A DNA stretch of 62,784 nucleotides, counting the filler, from an uncultured virus (IMG/VR IMGVR_UViG_2049941000_000092) (lineage: Duplodnaviria; Heunggongvirae; Uroviricota; Caudoviricetes). It is 15 parts of one record of this genome, joined end to end, with 100 filler letters (N's around TTAATTAATTAA, not from the genome) between each part and the next. Parts side by side here need not be neighbours in the genome. Positions count along the whole stretch, not along the records: positions 1 to 13,656 come from IMGVR_UViG_2049941000_000092; 14 more parts are not named here. One strand, 5' to 3'. The position numbers were made by a program, and so were the translations under genes. A model generated the notes under the pieces. It saw nothing but the letters and a program-made list of their open reading frames with translations. It did not search any database and was not told where the DNA came from. Position 1 is the stretch's first letter. The number at the start of each line of letters is the position of its first letter. Below, piece after piece: positions 1 to 12,847 of this stretch.

Positions 1-13
1 ATTTTATTTATAT

Positions 14-1444
14 ATGAGAATTACTAATTTTACTACTGTGCGTCCAGAGATGCACACTACAAGAACATTTGAAGACTTCTCTAAATTCTTAGGCGTTCGT
101 CCAGAAAGAATTGGCCTTGTAGCGACTCTTTACGATCAGTATACCTTTACGAATCTTACCGAGGCCCTGATGAACACCTTTACTAATGAAAAGGTTTCCA
201 AGAACTCCTGGCAGCGTATCAACAACTATATGTACGAGTGGGAACTCGAAGTCAACCGCATTAAGAGACTTCCTATTCTTTCCATGGAAGGAAATGGTTG
301 CAATGCTAGCGACATCATCTTCAGATTCCCTGAGAATTATTATCAGAAATATGATACGTTTATCATCGAAGATCTTCGTCAGTATGTGATTGTTCTTAAC
401 AGACCTCAGAGAATTGCTGATAACTGCTTCATCGTAGTTGGTAAGCTTGTTGACGATGACTATTCGTCTCAGATTCCTGACGCTTTTGTGGCTAATGCAG
501 CTGGCCGTCTCACCAGATTCGTGACCAACTACATGCCCGAACTGCACGAGGAAGGTTATACCAAGTATCAGTCCAACACTGAGAAATTCAGAGGCTTCAT
601 TTCCACTCACCGTTGCGATATCGATTATTCCGCACAGTACGCTACCATGGAGGATGTATTCATCCAGATTGGTAAGGGCAAAGACGACGATCCTGTGTAT
701 CGTCTACCTGGTGTGAAGAAAGTCCTTCTTGACAACTTCATGCTCGTTCGTGAGAATAAATTCGCTTGGGGTAAGAGTGATGTTGATTCCGCTGGTAATC
801 CTAAGATTTACGAGCCCGAAACTGGCAGACCACTTATCACCTCTGATGGTGCTATTAGCCAGATCGAAAGATTTGCTACCAAGTTTGTCTTCTCCAGACT
901 AACTGTTGCTTGGCTGAAGAAAGCTCTCGCTGCTCTCGTAGCAAAATGTGACAAGGGTACGGGCAATAAGTTCCTATTCCTTTGCAACACTCTAATGTGG
1001 GACGATGTACAGAGCGTTATCGATCTCTTCCTGAAGGATCGCCATACTGATGGTAACTTCCTATGGAGCCGTGGTTCCAATGGTTATATCGCCGCTGGTG
1101 CAACTTATGACACCTATACTTACGGTGGAAATACGATTGGTTTCAAACTCGACAGATCTCTCGACGTCGAATTCCCTGATCGCAAGTACGGTTTACTTGT
1201 TGATCTTACTCCGGATACTAAGACTGGCAAACCGGCTATCGCCAAATACACCTTCAAGGGTACCGATTATATCGAGAACCATATTCTTGGTGTTGGTGGT
1301 CTAAATGGTACATCCTCTGGTGAGGTTTCCAGCCCGGTCGCTGGTTCCAAACTCATCGCTTGGGGTACTGGTTCCATCGCAGTCTTCAATCCTTACAAGT
1401 CTGTGGTGCTCATGAGCGCCAAGAGACAGAACCCTTGGTTCTAA
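14..1444 (+). CDS. Major capsid protein (crAss-like)
   Basis: 476 aa intact ORF with strong C-ending codon bias, resembling Crassvirales MCP. Followed by a terminator. All 8 Trp codons are TGG. Confidence 0.85.
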   Translation: MRITNFTTVRPEMHTTRTFEDFSKFLGVRPERIGLVATLYDQYTFTNLTEALMNTFTNEKVSKNSWQRINNYMYEWELEVNRIKRLPILSMEGNGCNASDIIFRFPENYYQKYDTFIIEDLRQYVIVLNRPQRIADNCFIVVGKLVDDDYSSQIPDAFVANAAGRLTRFVTNYMPELHEEGYTKYQSNTEKFRGFISTHRCDIDYSAQYATMEDVFIQIGKGKDDDPVYRLPGVKKVLLDNFMLVRENKFAWGKSDVDSAGNPKIYEPETGRPLITSDGAISQIERFATKFVFSRLTVAWLKKALAALVAKCDKGTGNKFLFLCNTLMWDDVQSVIDLFLKDRHTDGNFLWSRGSNGYIAAGATYDTYTYGGNTIGFKLDRSLDVEFPDRKYGLLVDLTPDTKTGKPAIAKYTFKGTDYIENHILGVGGLNGTSSGEVSSPVAGSKLIAWGTGSIAVFNPYKSVVLMSAKRQNPWF

Positions 1445-1466
1445 TAGCTTTTTTGAATAGATAAGT

Positions 1467-1497
1467 AAACTCCCTCTCGTAAGGGAGGGAGTTTTTT
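1467..1497 (+). terminator. Rho-independent terminator after MCP
   Basis: AAACTCCCTC-TC-GTAA-GG-GAGGGAGTTT hairpin running into a T tract. Confidence 0.85.
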
Positions 1498-1533
1498 AGA
1501 TTTAGACTTTTTAATAGAATTTAATGGATTAAT

Positions 1534-2275
1534 ATGGAAAATAAAGTAATTACTTTACGATCGGTTTACAAAGTAAAGGAGTATCATCTTACTCCTATGA
1601 AGCAGCCTAACGGCTTGAATTATGATTTTGTTAAACCTGTGAGATATGATGCTGATGGTACTTCTTACATGATACTTTCTGAAGCAGAACGCAATGACCC
1701 GAATTCGAAATATTTTATTCCCGAAGATATNNNNNNNNNNTAAGACCAAGTATGGTATTGCCGAGTTATATGTGGATGTTGCAGGTGAGGAATCTGAACG
1801 CATAATCAGTCGTAAGAAACAGATTATGGAAGCATACCAGTATATCAACGGTGACTCTATGAACGGTATTCTCACAAAGTGCCGTTTGCTCGGAAGAAAC
1901 ATGCGGAACGCACCATTTGCAGACGCACAGGCATTCTTATTTGAAATTGCCGATAAGTCTCCGGGAAGAATCATAGACCTTTATACTGGTCAGGATACAG
2001 GACTTCAGTTGCTCATTCTTGACGCAAAAGAGAAGGGTGTCCTTAAGAAGATCAACGGATGGTTTATGTATGGTGATACAAACATGGGAGCTAACGAAGA
2101 AGCAGTCCTCGTATTCCTTAAAACTCCTATGAACAAACCGATTCTGGACGCTTTTAAAGCGCATGTGTATCCAGAATTTGCAGCACATTTAGCAGCCATC
2201 AATAACACTGAACCAGAAGACACCGTTGAAAAACCGTCGGTAAATCCGCCAAAGAAAACTACGAAAAAGTCTTAA
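1534..2275 (+). CDS. Conserved crAss-like protein downstream of MCP (interrupted by gap)
   Basis: MENKVITLRSVY... joined across the 10-N gap to ...KTKYGIAELYVD...KKTTKKS*; position after the capsid gene. Confidence 0.6.
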
Positions 2276-2338
2276 TCTAAATTTAAATAGACACCAAATA
2301 AGACAGTCTATAATGTTTAACTAAAATAATTGAGTACT

Positions 2339-2912
2339 ATGACAATTCGTGAATTATACGATTACGCTTTAATCGAGATGAATAAAGTCGAAGCACCTAG
2401 CTTACTGCTAGAAGACTTTAATTATTTTATGAATAAGGCTGTCCAACAATATATAAACAAAGTATATAATCGATACGATATAAATCAGCAATCTTCAGAT
2501 GACTTAAGAGTTCTAAAAGCGACTGCTCAATTAGATNNNNNNNNNNAAGAGGTTATTGGTCGAGTTGGAAGGGGACAAAAGTTTGTTTATGTGACATATC
2601 TTCCTTCAGATTATATGCACATTCTCAACTGCGTTGTTGAATACAAAGTAAATAAATCCTTTAAGTGCTATAGTGCTGGAGATTATATCGATTTCTCTGC
2701 TCGCAGACTAACTGCAGATATGACTTCTGGAATATTACATAATGTTTACATGAAGCCTGATTATAAACGTCCTTATTTCTACATAAATAATGTGAACGAT
2801 ATCAGTGATCCTAAAGCAGAGGAGTCAAGAACTGCACTGAAAGAAAATGAAATTGAAGGAAGAACAACTGCTGATGCAGACGTTTCCCCCATTGTTCATA
2901 CCGATCAATCCT
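2339..2912 (+). CDS. Head-tail ring/adaptor protein, N-terminal part
   Basis: MTIRELYDYALIEMNKVEAPSLLLEDFNYF... resembles crAss-like ring proteins. The C-terminus appears misplaced at 5132-5418. Confidence 0.6.
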
Positions 2913-2922
2913 NNNNNNNNNN

Positions 2923-3912
2923 TTAGTTTTTAATTCCCTTACAATGCCGGACGGCTCCGATCGTATTATCTTTGAGGTTGGCGCTGGCAAACCACTTGTA
3001 ATCCAACGTGGTGGTGAGTATTTCAAAGCATTCATCCAGTCTCAGGGTGCTAACGAACATGTTGTTTATCGTACTGACGGTGTGGTCGGAAAGAACGAAA
3101 TTCTTTCCATCAATGCTTCCAAGCTTCCTACCGATCCTGGTACCTATCAGCTCAACATGTTTGTTAAACTGCTTGATCCTCACGCTATTTATGAGTTTGG
3201 TTATCCTAACTACAACACCTTCGGTCGCCAGATTCTTATCGGCTATGATGTAGTCAGCACTGATACTGCCGCTACTATTGCTGCTAAGCTTCACGAGTCT
3301 CTATTACTCGCTCTTCGCGACGAAGAATTCAAGGTGGGCGGACAGGTTGTCGAGGGTGCCCTCCAGCCATTTGCTGAGAACGATACCGTTGTGAGCTTAC
3401 TTGCTCTACATCCGGCTCTTCGCTTCGACTGCGTTGGTCTATCCTTCTACGATGAAACCACTTGCGACTCCTGCATTGGTGAGTATCTTGCTCCAGTTGA
3501 CATTCTTAAGAACGATGACGCTTCTGTAAACGCTGCTTCTATCGCTGTCGCTGGTGTTGTTCCGTTCGCTACTGGTGAGTGGCTGCAGGAGAATCTCCGC
3601 TTCCCTACCTATCCGAACACTCGTTATCACGCTCCTGGTTACGGTGACTATCCGACCCCTGGTGTGGTTTACACCCAGTTCTCCTTCGCATATCAGTCAC
3701 CTCGTCCGGGTCTTGGTGGTCTCTCCGGTGTTGGTCAAGCTATGATGGCTATCACTCGTCACGTCTACTATGTGCCGACGACTGAAGCTGACAAGTTCCA
3801 GACCGCATTTGAGAATCTCGGTGCTACCGTGGTTACTACTAACGACATTCAGGTGACCAACCCTGATACCAACGTTGTTGAGGCCGCTTCTTCTAGCAAC
3901 AGCGGAGAATAA
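2923..3912 (+). CDS. Abundant structural protein (auxiliary capsid-like), 5' end lost in gap
   Basis: Same high-expression codon bias as the MCP; about 322 aa; lies in the structural block. Confidence 0.55.
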   Translation, partial: LVFNSLTMPDGSDRIIFEVGAGKPLVIQRGGEYFKAFIQSQGANEHVVYRTDGVVGKNEILSINASKLPTDPGTYQLNMFVKLLDPHAIYEFGYPNYNTFGRQILIGYDVVSTDTAATIAAKLHESLLLALRDEEFKVGGQVVEGALQPFAENDTVVSLLALHPALRFDCVGLSFYDETTCDSCIGEYLAPVDILKNDDASVNAASIAVAGVVPFATGEWLQENLRFPTYPNTRYHAPGYGDYPTPGVVYTQFSFAYQSPRPGLGGLSGVGQAMMAITRHVYYVPTTEADKFQTAFENLGATVVTTNDIQVTNPDTNVVEAASSSNSGE

Positions 3913-3914
3913 TC

Positions 3915-4163
3915 ATGAAATGTATCAAACCTGGGCAGAGAACTCAATTGGTAGGTGATATATATCCACTTCCTAAAGGAAACTATCACTTTACTTGGAG
4001 TATCTTAAAAGGTTCATCTATAGCAAGTGTTGATAGTAAAGGTGTTCTATCGATTAGTTCTAATGCTAAACCGGGTGATATTTTTACTGTGAAAACTACA
4101 GCAGTTGTAGACGATCCTAATATTCAGATTAAGCCCTCTATTGTAGATTACATAGTAAGATAG
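3915..4163 (+). CDS. Small Ig-like domain protein
   Basis: FTWSILKGSSIASVDSKGVL...TVKTTA pattern typical of Big_2-type Ig folds. Confidence 0.5.
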   Translation: MKCIKPGQRTQLVGDIYPLPKGNYHFTWSILKGSSIASVDSKGVLSISSNAKPGDIFTVKTTAVVDDPNIQIKPSIVDYIVR

Positions 4164-4168
4164 TTTTT

Positions 4169-4210
4169 AATAGGGCGGGTGAGAATTGTCTCGCTCGCCC
4201 TATTTTCTTT
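4169..4210 (+). terminator. Rho-independent terminator
   Basis: AATAGGGCGGGTGAGA-ATTG-TCTCGCTCGCCCTATT followed by TTCTTT. Confidence 0.85.
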
Positions 4211-4223
4211 AATATATTTGCGT

Positions 4224-4895
4224 ATGACTATAGAACAATTAACATATGCAATTCTTAATGATGTTGTATCTGGGCTTGTTGGTTTACACGAAAATGTAAC
4301 TATTTCGGAAGAACAATTACAAGACGAAGTCGTAGCATTAAGAGAAAGCATTATTATCGAAAAGTGGAGACGTGGGTTGCTTCACAAAAATGATTTGCTC
4401 ACCGCTATTAACTGCATTGAGGTGGACTGTAAAGATTCTACCAAATGTTGCACGAAAGTGGGAAAATCGGAAATGCATTTTGAAATTCCGCAATTAGTAT
4501 CGGGAATTGGCGGCGATGCTATAGCCTGAGTTGGGTCTGCCGACAGAAAACAACAATATAAAGTGTATTTCTCGCCAACGCAAGTGAAATATCATAAATA
4601 CAAAAAAAGAAACGTCAATCAACCATATGTATATATAGAAACCACTCCAAATGAAAACGGAATGTATGATGGTTGGATTTATAATCTGCCCTATGTAAAG
4701 AACATCTCGGTGATTGGTGTTTTCAGAGATCCTAGACAATTAGAAAAGATTGGCTGTAATGGTGATTGTGATGGTGGCGGTGGAGATCTCGGAAGTATTA
4801 GTTCCGAAATAAAGACTAGGCTCACCAAAGAGAAATTATATTACTACAGAAGTGCATTACAACCTCCACATAGAAATGACCAAACCGCACGATAA
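4224..4895 (+). CDS. Ring/tail structural protein (one in-frame TGA=Trp)
   Basis: ORFs 4179-4529 and 4563-4895 share a frame and join through TGA at 4527 (DAIA-W-VGSADRK). Confidence 0.65.
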
Positions 4896-4897
4896 TT

Positions 4898-5877
4898 ATG
4901 GAACTAACTAATTTAAATGCTGCTTATGGTCTTTGTGAAACCTTATACGGCATTTCTCCAGATGAATCTTCTTTCGAAGATTTGGCATTAGACGCTTGGG
5001 GTAGAATAGGAACCAAACACACGCGATTATATAAGTATATTGGGCGTGTCGAGGATAAGAAACTAGAACTTCCGTGCAATGCGGATGTAATCGAATCGGT
5101 ACACATTCCTATTCCGGATGCNNNNNNNNNNTTAGATTATCTAATGCGTCAAACGTTAGGTTGGAGATTCGTTTTGGAGATGACGATACAGTATTCACTC
5201 CACAAACGATATATATCGATTATATTAAAGCCCCTATGTTTATAAGATTGACTTATCAAGAAACAATCGATACTGTTGATAATACAAGAGTTTTAGAGTT
5301 TCCTGATTACGTTTGTTATGAGATTGTGAACGAATTTGTCAAGTTATTGATGGAGAATTCTAGCGACCCTAGACTTCAAACCAATTTCACTGTCAATCAG
5401 TCGGTAGCAGATCCTACCNNNNNNNNNNCACATAATTATTGATCAGAATCAATTTGAGTAGAACAATATATCGATAGATGACACTTTAATACCGACCCAC
5501 TATTACAAAAAGGTAAGCTTATAAGATATGATGAGGGCAATGGAACACTTTATTTCACTCATGATTATCCCGCTGTAATGGTCGTCTATCATGGAATTTT
5601 TGCAGATGAAGAAACGGGAATGCCTCTCGTAAATGACAAGGAACTTAGAGCTGTTGCAGCATTTATTGCGTATACATCAATTTATAAAGATTCAATTAAA
5701 AAACAAGATGCAAATCTTATGAAATTTGCGCAGACCGTCAAAGAGGATTGGCTGCGTGCTTGCAATGCTGCAAGAATACCAGAACATGTGTCTCAAAATG
5801 ATATGGATGCTGTTTTGGATGCGAGAGCTTCGTGGAATAGAAAATTTTATGGGCATTCTTTTAAACCTACAAAGTAA
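4898..5877 (+). CDS. Tail tubular/ring protein (pieces 4898-5121 and 5429-5877)
   Basis: MELTNLNAAY...LELPCNADVIESV continues at 5429 (with in-frame TGAs) to ...WNRKFYGHSFKPTK*. The 5132-5418 segment between them belongs to another gene. Confidence 0.55.
5132..5418 (+). CDS. Misplaced C-terminal fragment of the ring protein starting at 2339
   Basis: RLEIRFG...IYIDYIKAP...LEFPDYVCYEIVNEFVKLLMENSSDPR is a ring-protein-like C-terminus, bounded by 10-N gaps. Confidence 0.5.
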
Positions 5878-6349
5878 TGCAGCCTAGAGGTGAACGAAAT
5901 TGAGACTTTTACAACGACTTTAGTTTTACTCCAAAAGAACTATTTGAGTTAAAGGACGCACAGGCAATAGGAATCCGTAAAGTATTACCAACATATTACG
6001 GTGCGGATACTATTGTCGAATTGTGCGGACAAATATTTACTTACTTTATATATCTAGTAATTTTGGATATAATCGAAAATAATGTTACCTTTGAACTCCC
6101 ATTATTTTCCAAACAGAGAGCGTACATGTTTGTTAAATGCATTCAGNNNNNNNNNNAGAAGAATTAAAACGTGCCGTGGCTAACGGCGCTTTTATAGGAA
6201 CAGATTTCATTAAAACCGATTTTAAAGCTTATTATCTAGTATATCAACGAATATGTGGACGAAGCATATACGAAAAGAAAATATATATATCGTGTAATCT
6301 AAAGCAATGGTTTTATTCGAAAATTAATTCAGGAAAACAGTATTACTAA
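5877..6349 (+). CDS. IHF/HU-like protein (crAss-type), TGA=Trp
   Basis: TAATG-coupled start MQPRGERN-W(TGA)-DF...VILDIIENNVTFELP...GKQYY*. Confidence 0.55.
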
Positions 6350-6849
6350 TGGACATTGTAAACCCAGAAAAATATTATGAGCAAGTATTAAAAAGATATC
6401 CGAGATTAACAGAAAAACAAGTAGATAAAATCATAAAAAGTGGACTAAGAAAACTTTGATATTATAATATTAGAGGAGACGTCCTATTTAAAAGCCCTTA
6501 TTATACAGCATTTATTGGAAAAATATATGTTAACAAAACCCTTGCAAATCGATACAGGTGTGCGAAAAAATCCATAAAATATCGTNNNNNNNNNNNNNNN
6601 NNNNNNNNNNNNNNNNNNNNNNNNNNNNNNNNNNNNNNNNNNNNNNNNNNNNNNNNNNNNNNNNNNNNNNNNNNNNNNNNNNNNNNNNNNNNNNNNNNNN
6701 NNNNNNNNNNNNNNNNNNNNNNNNNNNNNNNNNNNNNNNNNNNNNNNNNNNNNNNNNNNNNNNNNNNNNNATTAATTGCCACTCGTAATGAAAAGTTTGC
6801 ATATACATTTATAAGCGGAAAAGATAAACATGAGACAAAACGCAAATAA
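6349..6849 (+). CDS. Second IHF-like/conserved protein, TGA=Trp, gapped
   Basis: TAATG-coupled start MDIVNPEKYYEQV...GLRKL-W(TGA)-YYN; missed by the ORF track. Confidence 0.45.
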
Positions 6850-9800
6850 CGAATTCAAGGATGGACTTAATCTCGATTTACATCCGATTGTAACTCCAAA
6901 TACAATACTCACAGATAACATAAACGGAACGTTTATCACATACAACGGTAATGAGTTTTGTCTGCAAAACGACCGAGGCAATAAGAAGATTGTTAGTGAT
7001 ATCGATAACGAGACAATATCATACGTTCATTTAACAAACGGTTACACTCCAATTGGTATCAAGGAGCGTAACGGTGTTTTGTATATTGTTTCAGTCAATG
7101 GTAATAAAACAGAAATTGGAACATTTCCCGCTCCACGATATCCTAGTTCGTGAGATAATACACTATACGATGAAGAGTACAAAGGTTCGTTTAAAGACGA
7201 AAATGGATTTGTAATATACGACGCGCTACATGTATTAGAAGGACACTCTGCTTTAACTAATGTCGATTTGGGATATACAACGGAAACACCAGTTACTATT
7301 GAAATCCAGGATTCGTATGACGGTTCTGTAAATCTCATTCTGATTGCCGACGGTTGTAAGCCAAGAATAATCAATTCTGGATTTAGTGTATTGCCAAACA
7401 ATCAGTACAAGTTCGTAAATAGAGCACAAGATGTTCTTACAAATATATATTCTGATTCCGAGATTGGTAAAGAATCCGAATTAATCAGAACAAGCGGCAT
7501 CTTAACCAATATTGGGCTACTTGGTGTACAGTCCGGCGGACAATGGAAGGGCGGTAATTATACATTCTATATTAAATTTGGAGACGGAGATTTTAATCAG
7601 ACAGATATTGTAGGAGAATCAGGAATTGTTTCTATATTTAATGGAAATGATGCGGTTCCATCAACGATATCTGGTACGCTCTTANNNNNNNNNNNNNNNN
7701 NNNNNNNNNNNNNNNNNNNNNNNNNNNNNNNNNNNNNNNNNNNNNNNNNNNNNNNNNNNNNNNNNNNNNNNACTTAATGTCGATTATCATACTATTGACT
7801 GGGCAAGAGCGGAAGCACAACATTCTAATATGTTATTCTTAGGAAACGTTGGGCAAGAGGAAACGTTCAAGTTGTATCAACAGTTAAAAGATTTTACTAA
7901 AGGCTTTACTGTAACGATAAAACAAGATCTTGGAGAAGAACAAGGTATATCAAAAGTTACATCTGACTATAAATCTGGAACTGAGTATTATAGTACAGCC
8001 AACATCTATTCGAAACTGGGATACTGGCCAGATGAGATTTATCGTTTCGGCATTGTTTATGTGTTAAAAGATGGTTCTACAACACCTGTGTTTAATGTTA
8101 CTGGCGGCGTATTTACATCTGTTAATTCTGAGATAACTACGCAAAGTACTTATACACAGTACATTAACGATCTTGGTGTATTCCGTACACCAAGAGCCGA
8201 TATTATAACGAGTTCAAACAAAGTTCGCCCATTATACTTTAATTTTGAATTGCCGAGCGATGTTTCTTTATTGGAAAGTAACAATGTAGCGGGATGGTTT
8301 GTAGTACGGCAAAAACGAATACCAAGAACTATTTGTCAAGGATTAACCATCGGGATCGATGAAAAGAGTAATCTTCCGATGATTTGAAACGGAAATGACT
8401 GAATGATAGAAAGTTTTCTATCTCTAGATCGTACGGATAAAGATAGACAACAAGAACTAATCAAACGGATAGAAGATCTTGAAGGTGACTATAACAACAC
8501 ATGATGGAAGGTCGCCCTCGGCCTGCTCGTGGCACCAGTCGCTGGTATTTTCATAACACCGGAGATGTTTACCGTTGCTGTTTCATATGGTGTGACGACT
8601 ACTGTAAGCTCCAAACTTAAACTGGAAGCATTGAAGAGAAATATTTNNNNNNNNNNATTCACTAAAAGAATTTGAACTGACATCATTTGGTGTATGTGAA
8701 CAACGCGATTCAAACGCTCCAGCAGGAACATATTATACACACATGTATACAAATTATAACGAATGGTATAGTGCTTATATAAAAGATCCTAAATACAAAG
8801 CTGGAGAAGTAGCGCTCGTCGATAATGTTGATAAGGTAGGCCAAGACGATGCTGTGTTTTTCTGAGACTATCTTCTAATAGAACCGGAAAATATGACCTT
8901 ACCGATTGGAAATTCTCCGTTAGAACATGCTACACATATATNNNNNNNNNNGCATTAATTAGAAGTTTTGCCAAATATTGTGATAGATATATCTATGAAA
9001 GTACTGCTAACTTAAAGGGACGAGGTTTGCTAAGTTTGGACCCGTGCGTAAACTCTTCTATTAGTGGAATGCTAGATGGTTCTATATTTGAAATCGTCGA
9101 TGAATATAATGTGAATTGTGCTTTCGGAGTACAAGAATCGGAAACAGATCTATATTATAACGATAATTATTTAAAGGTAGATCACGAAAATTATATATAT
9201 ACTGGATCTGATCCCACTAAAAAAGCACGCAAATGTGTATATGTGGCTCNNNNNNNNNNNNNNNNNNNNNNNNNNNNNNNNNNNNNNNNNNNNNNNNNNN
9301 NNNNNNNNNNNNNNNNNNNNNNNNNNNNNNNNNNNNNNNNNNNNNNNNNNNNNNNNNNNNNNNNNNNNNNNNNNNNNNNNNNNNNNNNNNNNNNNNNNNN
9401 NNNNNNNNNNNNNNNNNNNNNNNNNNNNNNNNNNNNNNNNNNNNNNNNNNNNNNNNNNNNNNNNNNNNNNNNNNNNNNNNNNNNNNNNNNNNNNNNNNNN
9501 NNNNNNNNNNNNNNNNNNNNNNNNNNNNNNNNNNNNNNNNNNNNNNNNNNNNNNNNNNNNNNNNNNNNNNNNNNNNNNNNNNNNNNNNNNNNNNNNNNNN
9601 NNNNACACCATATGTCGGAATTGCTGCAAATGATATTGCAGAAGGTAAAATTTACTCAATTCGTTTGGATGAATCAAATACAAATCTTTCCAATTTATTT
9701 TTAGTCAGGAAACAGGACTCTTCCGAATATTATTGTGTATCCGAAAGAAATCCAATACGGAATGGAGAAAACGAGATTTATAATTCAGATGTATATCGCG

Positions 9801-11254
9801 GCGATTGCTATACAAATACAATAACAATGCGTATACTTAACAATTTCGTAGATTCGACAGCTCCAGTATCCGATCAGATTTTAGACGAAGAAGGATGATA
9901 TAAAGTACTACAGGCCATAGAGAATCCGACTACAAATTCTAACAACGAACCGATAGATCCATGATCCAACGTGAATTTATCTGACGTAAATACGGTAGAT
10001 TTGGGTTATTGGGTAACATTTAAGTGTTTGTCCTCATATAATTTAGGTTTACGGTGTATGGATAATTTCCATACCGACGAAATGTCTATGTTTGGGTCAC
10101 CTCGATCATTCTATCCATTAAATAGTATGTCTACCGCAACCGGTAATAAGATAGAAGAATCCCTACTTTTAAACGACGGTCTTTCTGCAACCGTGGGTAG
10201 AAAACGATATAATCTGATGCCGGATGTTCCATATTCGCGTTCTGAATTCTCAAACAGAATTATGTTCTCGAATGTACATGTGACAGATGCTTATACAAAT
10301 GGATATAGAACGTTCCAAGGACTATCTTACAAAGATTATGATAAACAATATGGTGCAATAACTAAATTGATATCGCTTGGACAGAATATCTTTATTGTCA
10401 TGGAACATGGATTAGGATTAGTTGCTGTGAATCCAAAAGCACTTATGCAAACAACAACCGGAGAGATGATTCATATATATGGATACGGGGTTTTACCGGA
10501 CGAGATTACAGTAATTTCGCAGGACTATGGTTCTAAATATGAACACTCTGTGTTAAGAACACCAATTGGTATTTATGGTGTCGATGTTGATGCTAATAAG
10601 GTCTGGAGATATTCTGATAGGAATGGATTCGAAACAATCTCTGATATGAAGGTTGAGACCTATTTAAAAGACAATCTTCAGCCATTATCAGTGGATATGG
10701 GAACTTCAGATATTAGAACGCATTATAATGCAAAGAAGGGCGATGTGATGTTTACCTGATATTCTGGACAGCGGGTTTATTCTATCTGTTTCAACGAACG
10801 TCAGAATCTTTGGGTTACTAAATATGACTGATGTCCGATTGTTTCCGAAAATGTCGACGATGAATTTTATTCACTAAATAAAAAGCAGGACGATTCTAAC
10901 GATAATCTCTATTATATTTGAGACCATAAATATGATGTTGCTTTTAACGGTGGACATGTTTCAAGCTGGTACGATAATGAAAATGGATTTGAGTTCGAAT
11001 TCGTAGTATCCAATCCCATCGGTATTGGAAAGATATTCGATAATCTTCAGATTATTTCAAATAATGTACAGCNNNNNNNNNNGTATAAGAATGGAATGTG
11101 ATTCGCACAAATAGAACCTCTACGAATGGATATTGCTGGAGCTCAGCAGAAGAAAGAAGTGCGGATTAGAGACAAATGGGCTAAGATTCGCATTAGATAT
11201 TCTGGTAAAGATTTGGCTATTATTGCCGCTATTAAAACTTTAATTAATGTGTAG
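6830..11254 (+). CDS. Tail stabilisation (muzzle, P22 gp10-like) protein; gapped, multiple TGA=Trp
   Basis: N-terminus MRQNANNEFKDGLNLDLHP...NEFCLQNDRGN, internal GYWPDEIYRFGIVY, C-terminus RIRDKWAKIRIRYSG...INV*. TGAs at 7151, 8385, 9896, 10757 and others. Confidence 0.8.
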
Positions 11255-12007
11255 ATAAANNNNNNNNNNNNNNNNNNNNNNNNNNNNNNNNNNNNNNNNN
11301 NNNNNNNNNNNNNNNNNNNNNNNNNNNNNNNNNNNNNNNNNNNNNNNNNNNNNNNNNNNNNNNNNNNNNNNNNNNNNNNNNNNNNNNNNNNNNNNNNNNN
11401 NNNNNNNNNNNNNNNNNNNNNNNNNNNNNNNNNNNNNNNNNNNNNNNNNNNNNNNNNNNNNNNNNNNNNNNNNNNNNNNNNNNNNNNNNNNNNNNNNNNN
11501 NNNNNNNNNNNNNNNNNNNNNNNNNNNNNNNNNNNNNNNNNNNNNNNNNNNNNNNNNNNNNNNNNNNNNNNNNNNNNNNNNNNNNNNNNNNNNNNNNNNN
11601 NNNNNNNNNNNNNNNNNNNNNNNNNNNNNNNNNNNNNNNNNNNNNNNNNNNNNNNNNNNNNNNNNNNNNNNNNNNNNNNNNNNNNNNNNNNNNNNNNNNN
11701 NNNAACACACACGATAATAATACATATCGTTCTGATGATTGAACATATAAATACGATTTAAGACTAAATCAAAAGATGTTAGTTAAGTCTCAGATATTTA
11801 AAGACATCTATAGATACGGTCGTAGAATAGGAAATATTCANNNNNNNNNNNNNNNNNNNNNNNNNNNNNNNNNNNNNNNNNNNNNNNNNNNNNNNNNNNN
11901 NNNNNNNNNNNNNNNNNNNNNNNNNNNNNNNNNNNNNNNNNNNNNNNNNNNNNNNNNNNNNNNNNNNNNNNNNNNNNNNNNNNNNNNNNNNNNNNNNNNN
12001 NNNNNNN

Positions 12008-12837
12008 TATCCGGAATGGGTTCTGCTATTGGTAATAAATACGGTGACGATTTTTCGGCCGACCAGAAAGCGGCACAAAGTACAATACGGCAAGGTTTGG
12101 CCATGATCCCTGGTTATGGCCAAATCATTGCTGCTGCAACAGGTGTTGTGGACGCACTTGGTAACGCTACCGGCACCAATCTAAGCAATATTGATAAAAA
12201 TTCTGCAAAACGGGCTGGTGTTGGAGGAACTGCTATATTTAACAACTTAATGAACATGCTTCCTGGTAATTCAATGATTTGAGGTTTGATGGGAAGTAGA
12301 ACTAATAATTATAAACTGTCCGATGAAGCAGAAGAAATGCAGTCTGGTTATGGAGCAGCACTTGCTGATTTAAGAGCTGGGGAGGATCTTGCAAATAAAC
12401 GAGTTCTTTTCGGAAGAAAGAAAATCAATAATTATCTTGGCGAAGCTCGTTCTACAGATAGAATTCTTTCTCAGATTAATGAGACTAACACGATGCGTAA
12501 GCAATCTGATTATTACCAGGATTTAAACCATCAGAATCTTATGCGTTACGCCGGACAGAATTATATGGGTGTTACTGTAGGAAAGAATGGTATAAAACTA
12601 ATGTCTGCCGAAGAAGTTAGAGCCATTCTTGCAAAGAAACAGGAGGCCCAAAAACTTCAGAATGGTGGAACAATTGGTATTGACACTAATATCCTCCCTG
12701 AAGGTGCTCTACACGCACGTAAGAACAATCTTGCAGATGTGAATCCGGACTTGGAAGACGCCACTAAGAAAGGCATTCCCGTAATGGCTGCCGAGGGCGG
12801 TACGGTCGGAGAACATTTATCGTTTCGGCATTGTTTA
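12008..12837 (+). CDS. Internal virion (cargo) protein fragment
   Basis: Gly/Ala-rich region then EGALHARKNNL...KKGIPV motif; in-frame TGA at 12280. Confidence 0.55.
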
Positions 12838-12847
12838 NNNNNNNNNN

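Noticed and set aside
89..610. Antisense ORFs over the MCP and other genes
   Set aside because: Shadow frames from codon bias, with no recognisable motifs
2339..5877. Apparent split or nested genes (also the + strand fragment at 37340-37601 and the AAA ATPase split at 53799/55030)
   Set aside because: All breakpoints coincide with N gaps; scaffold misordering is simpler than introns or rearrangement
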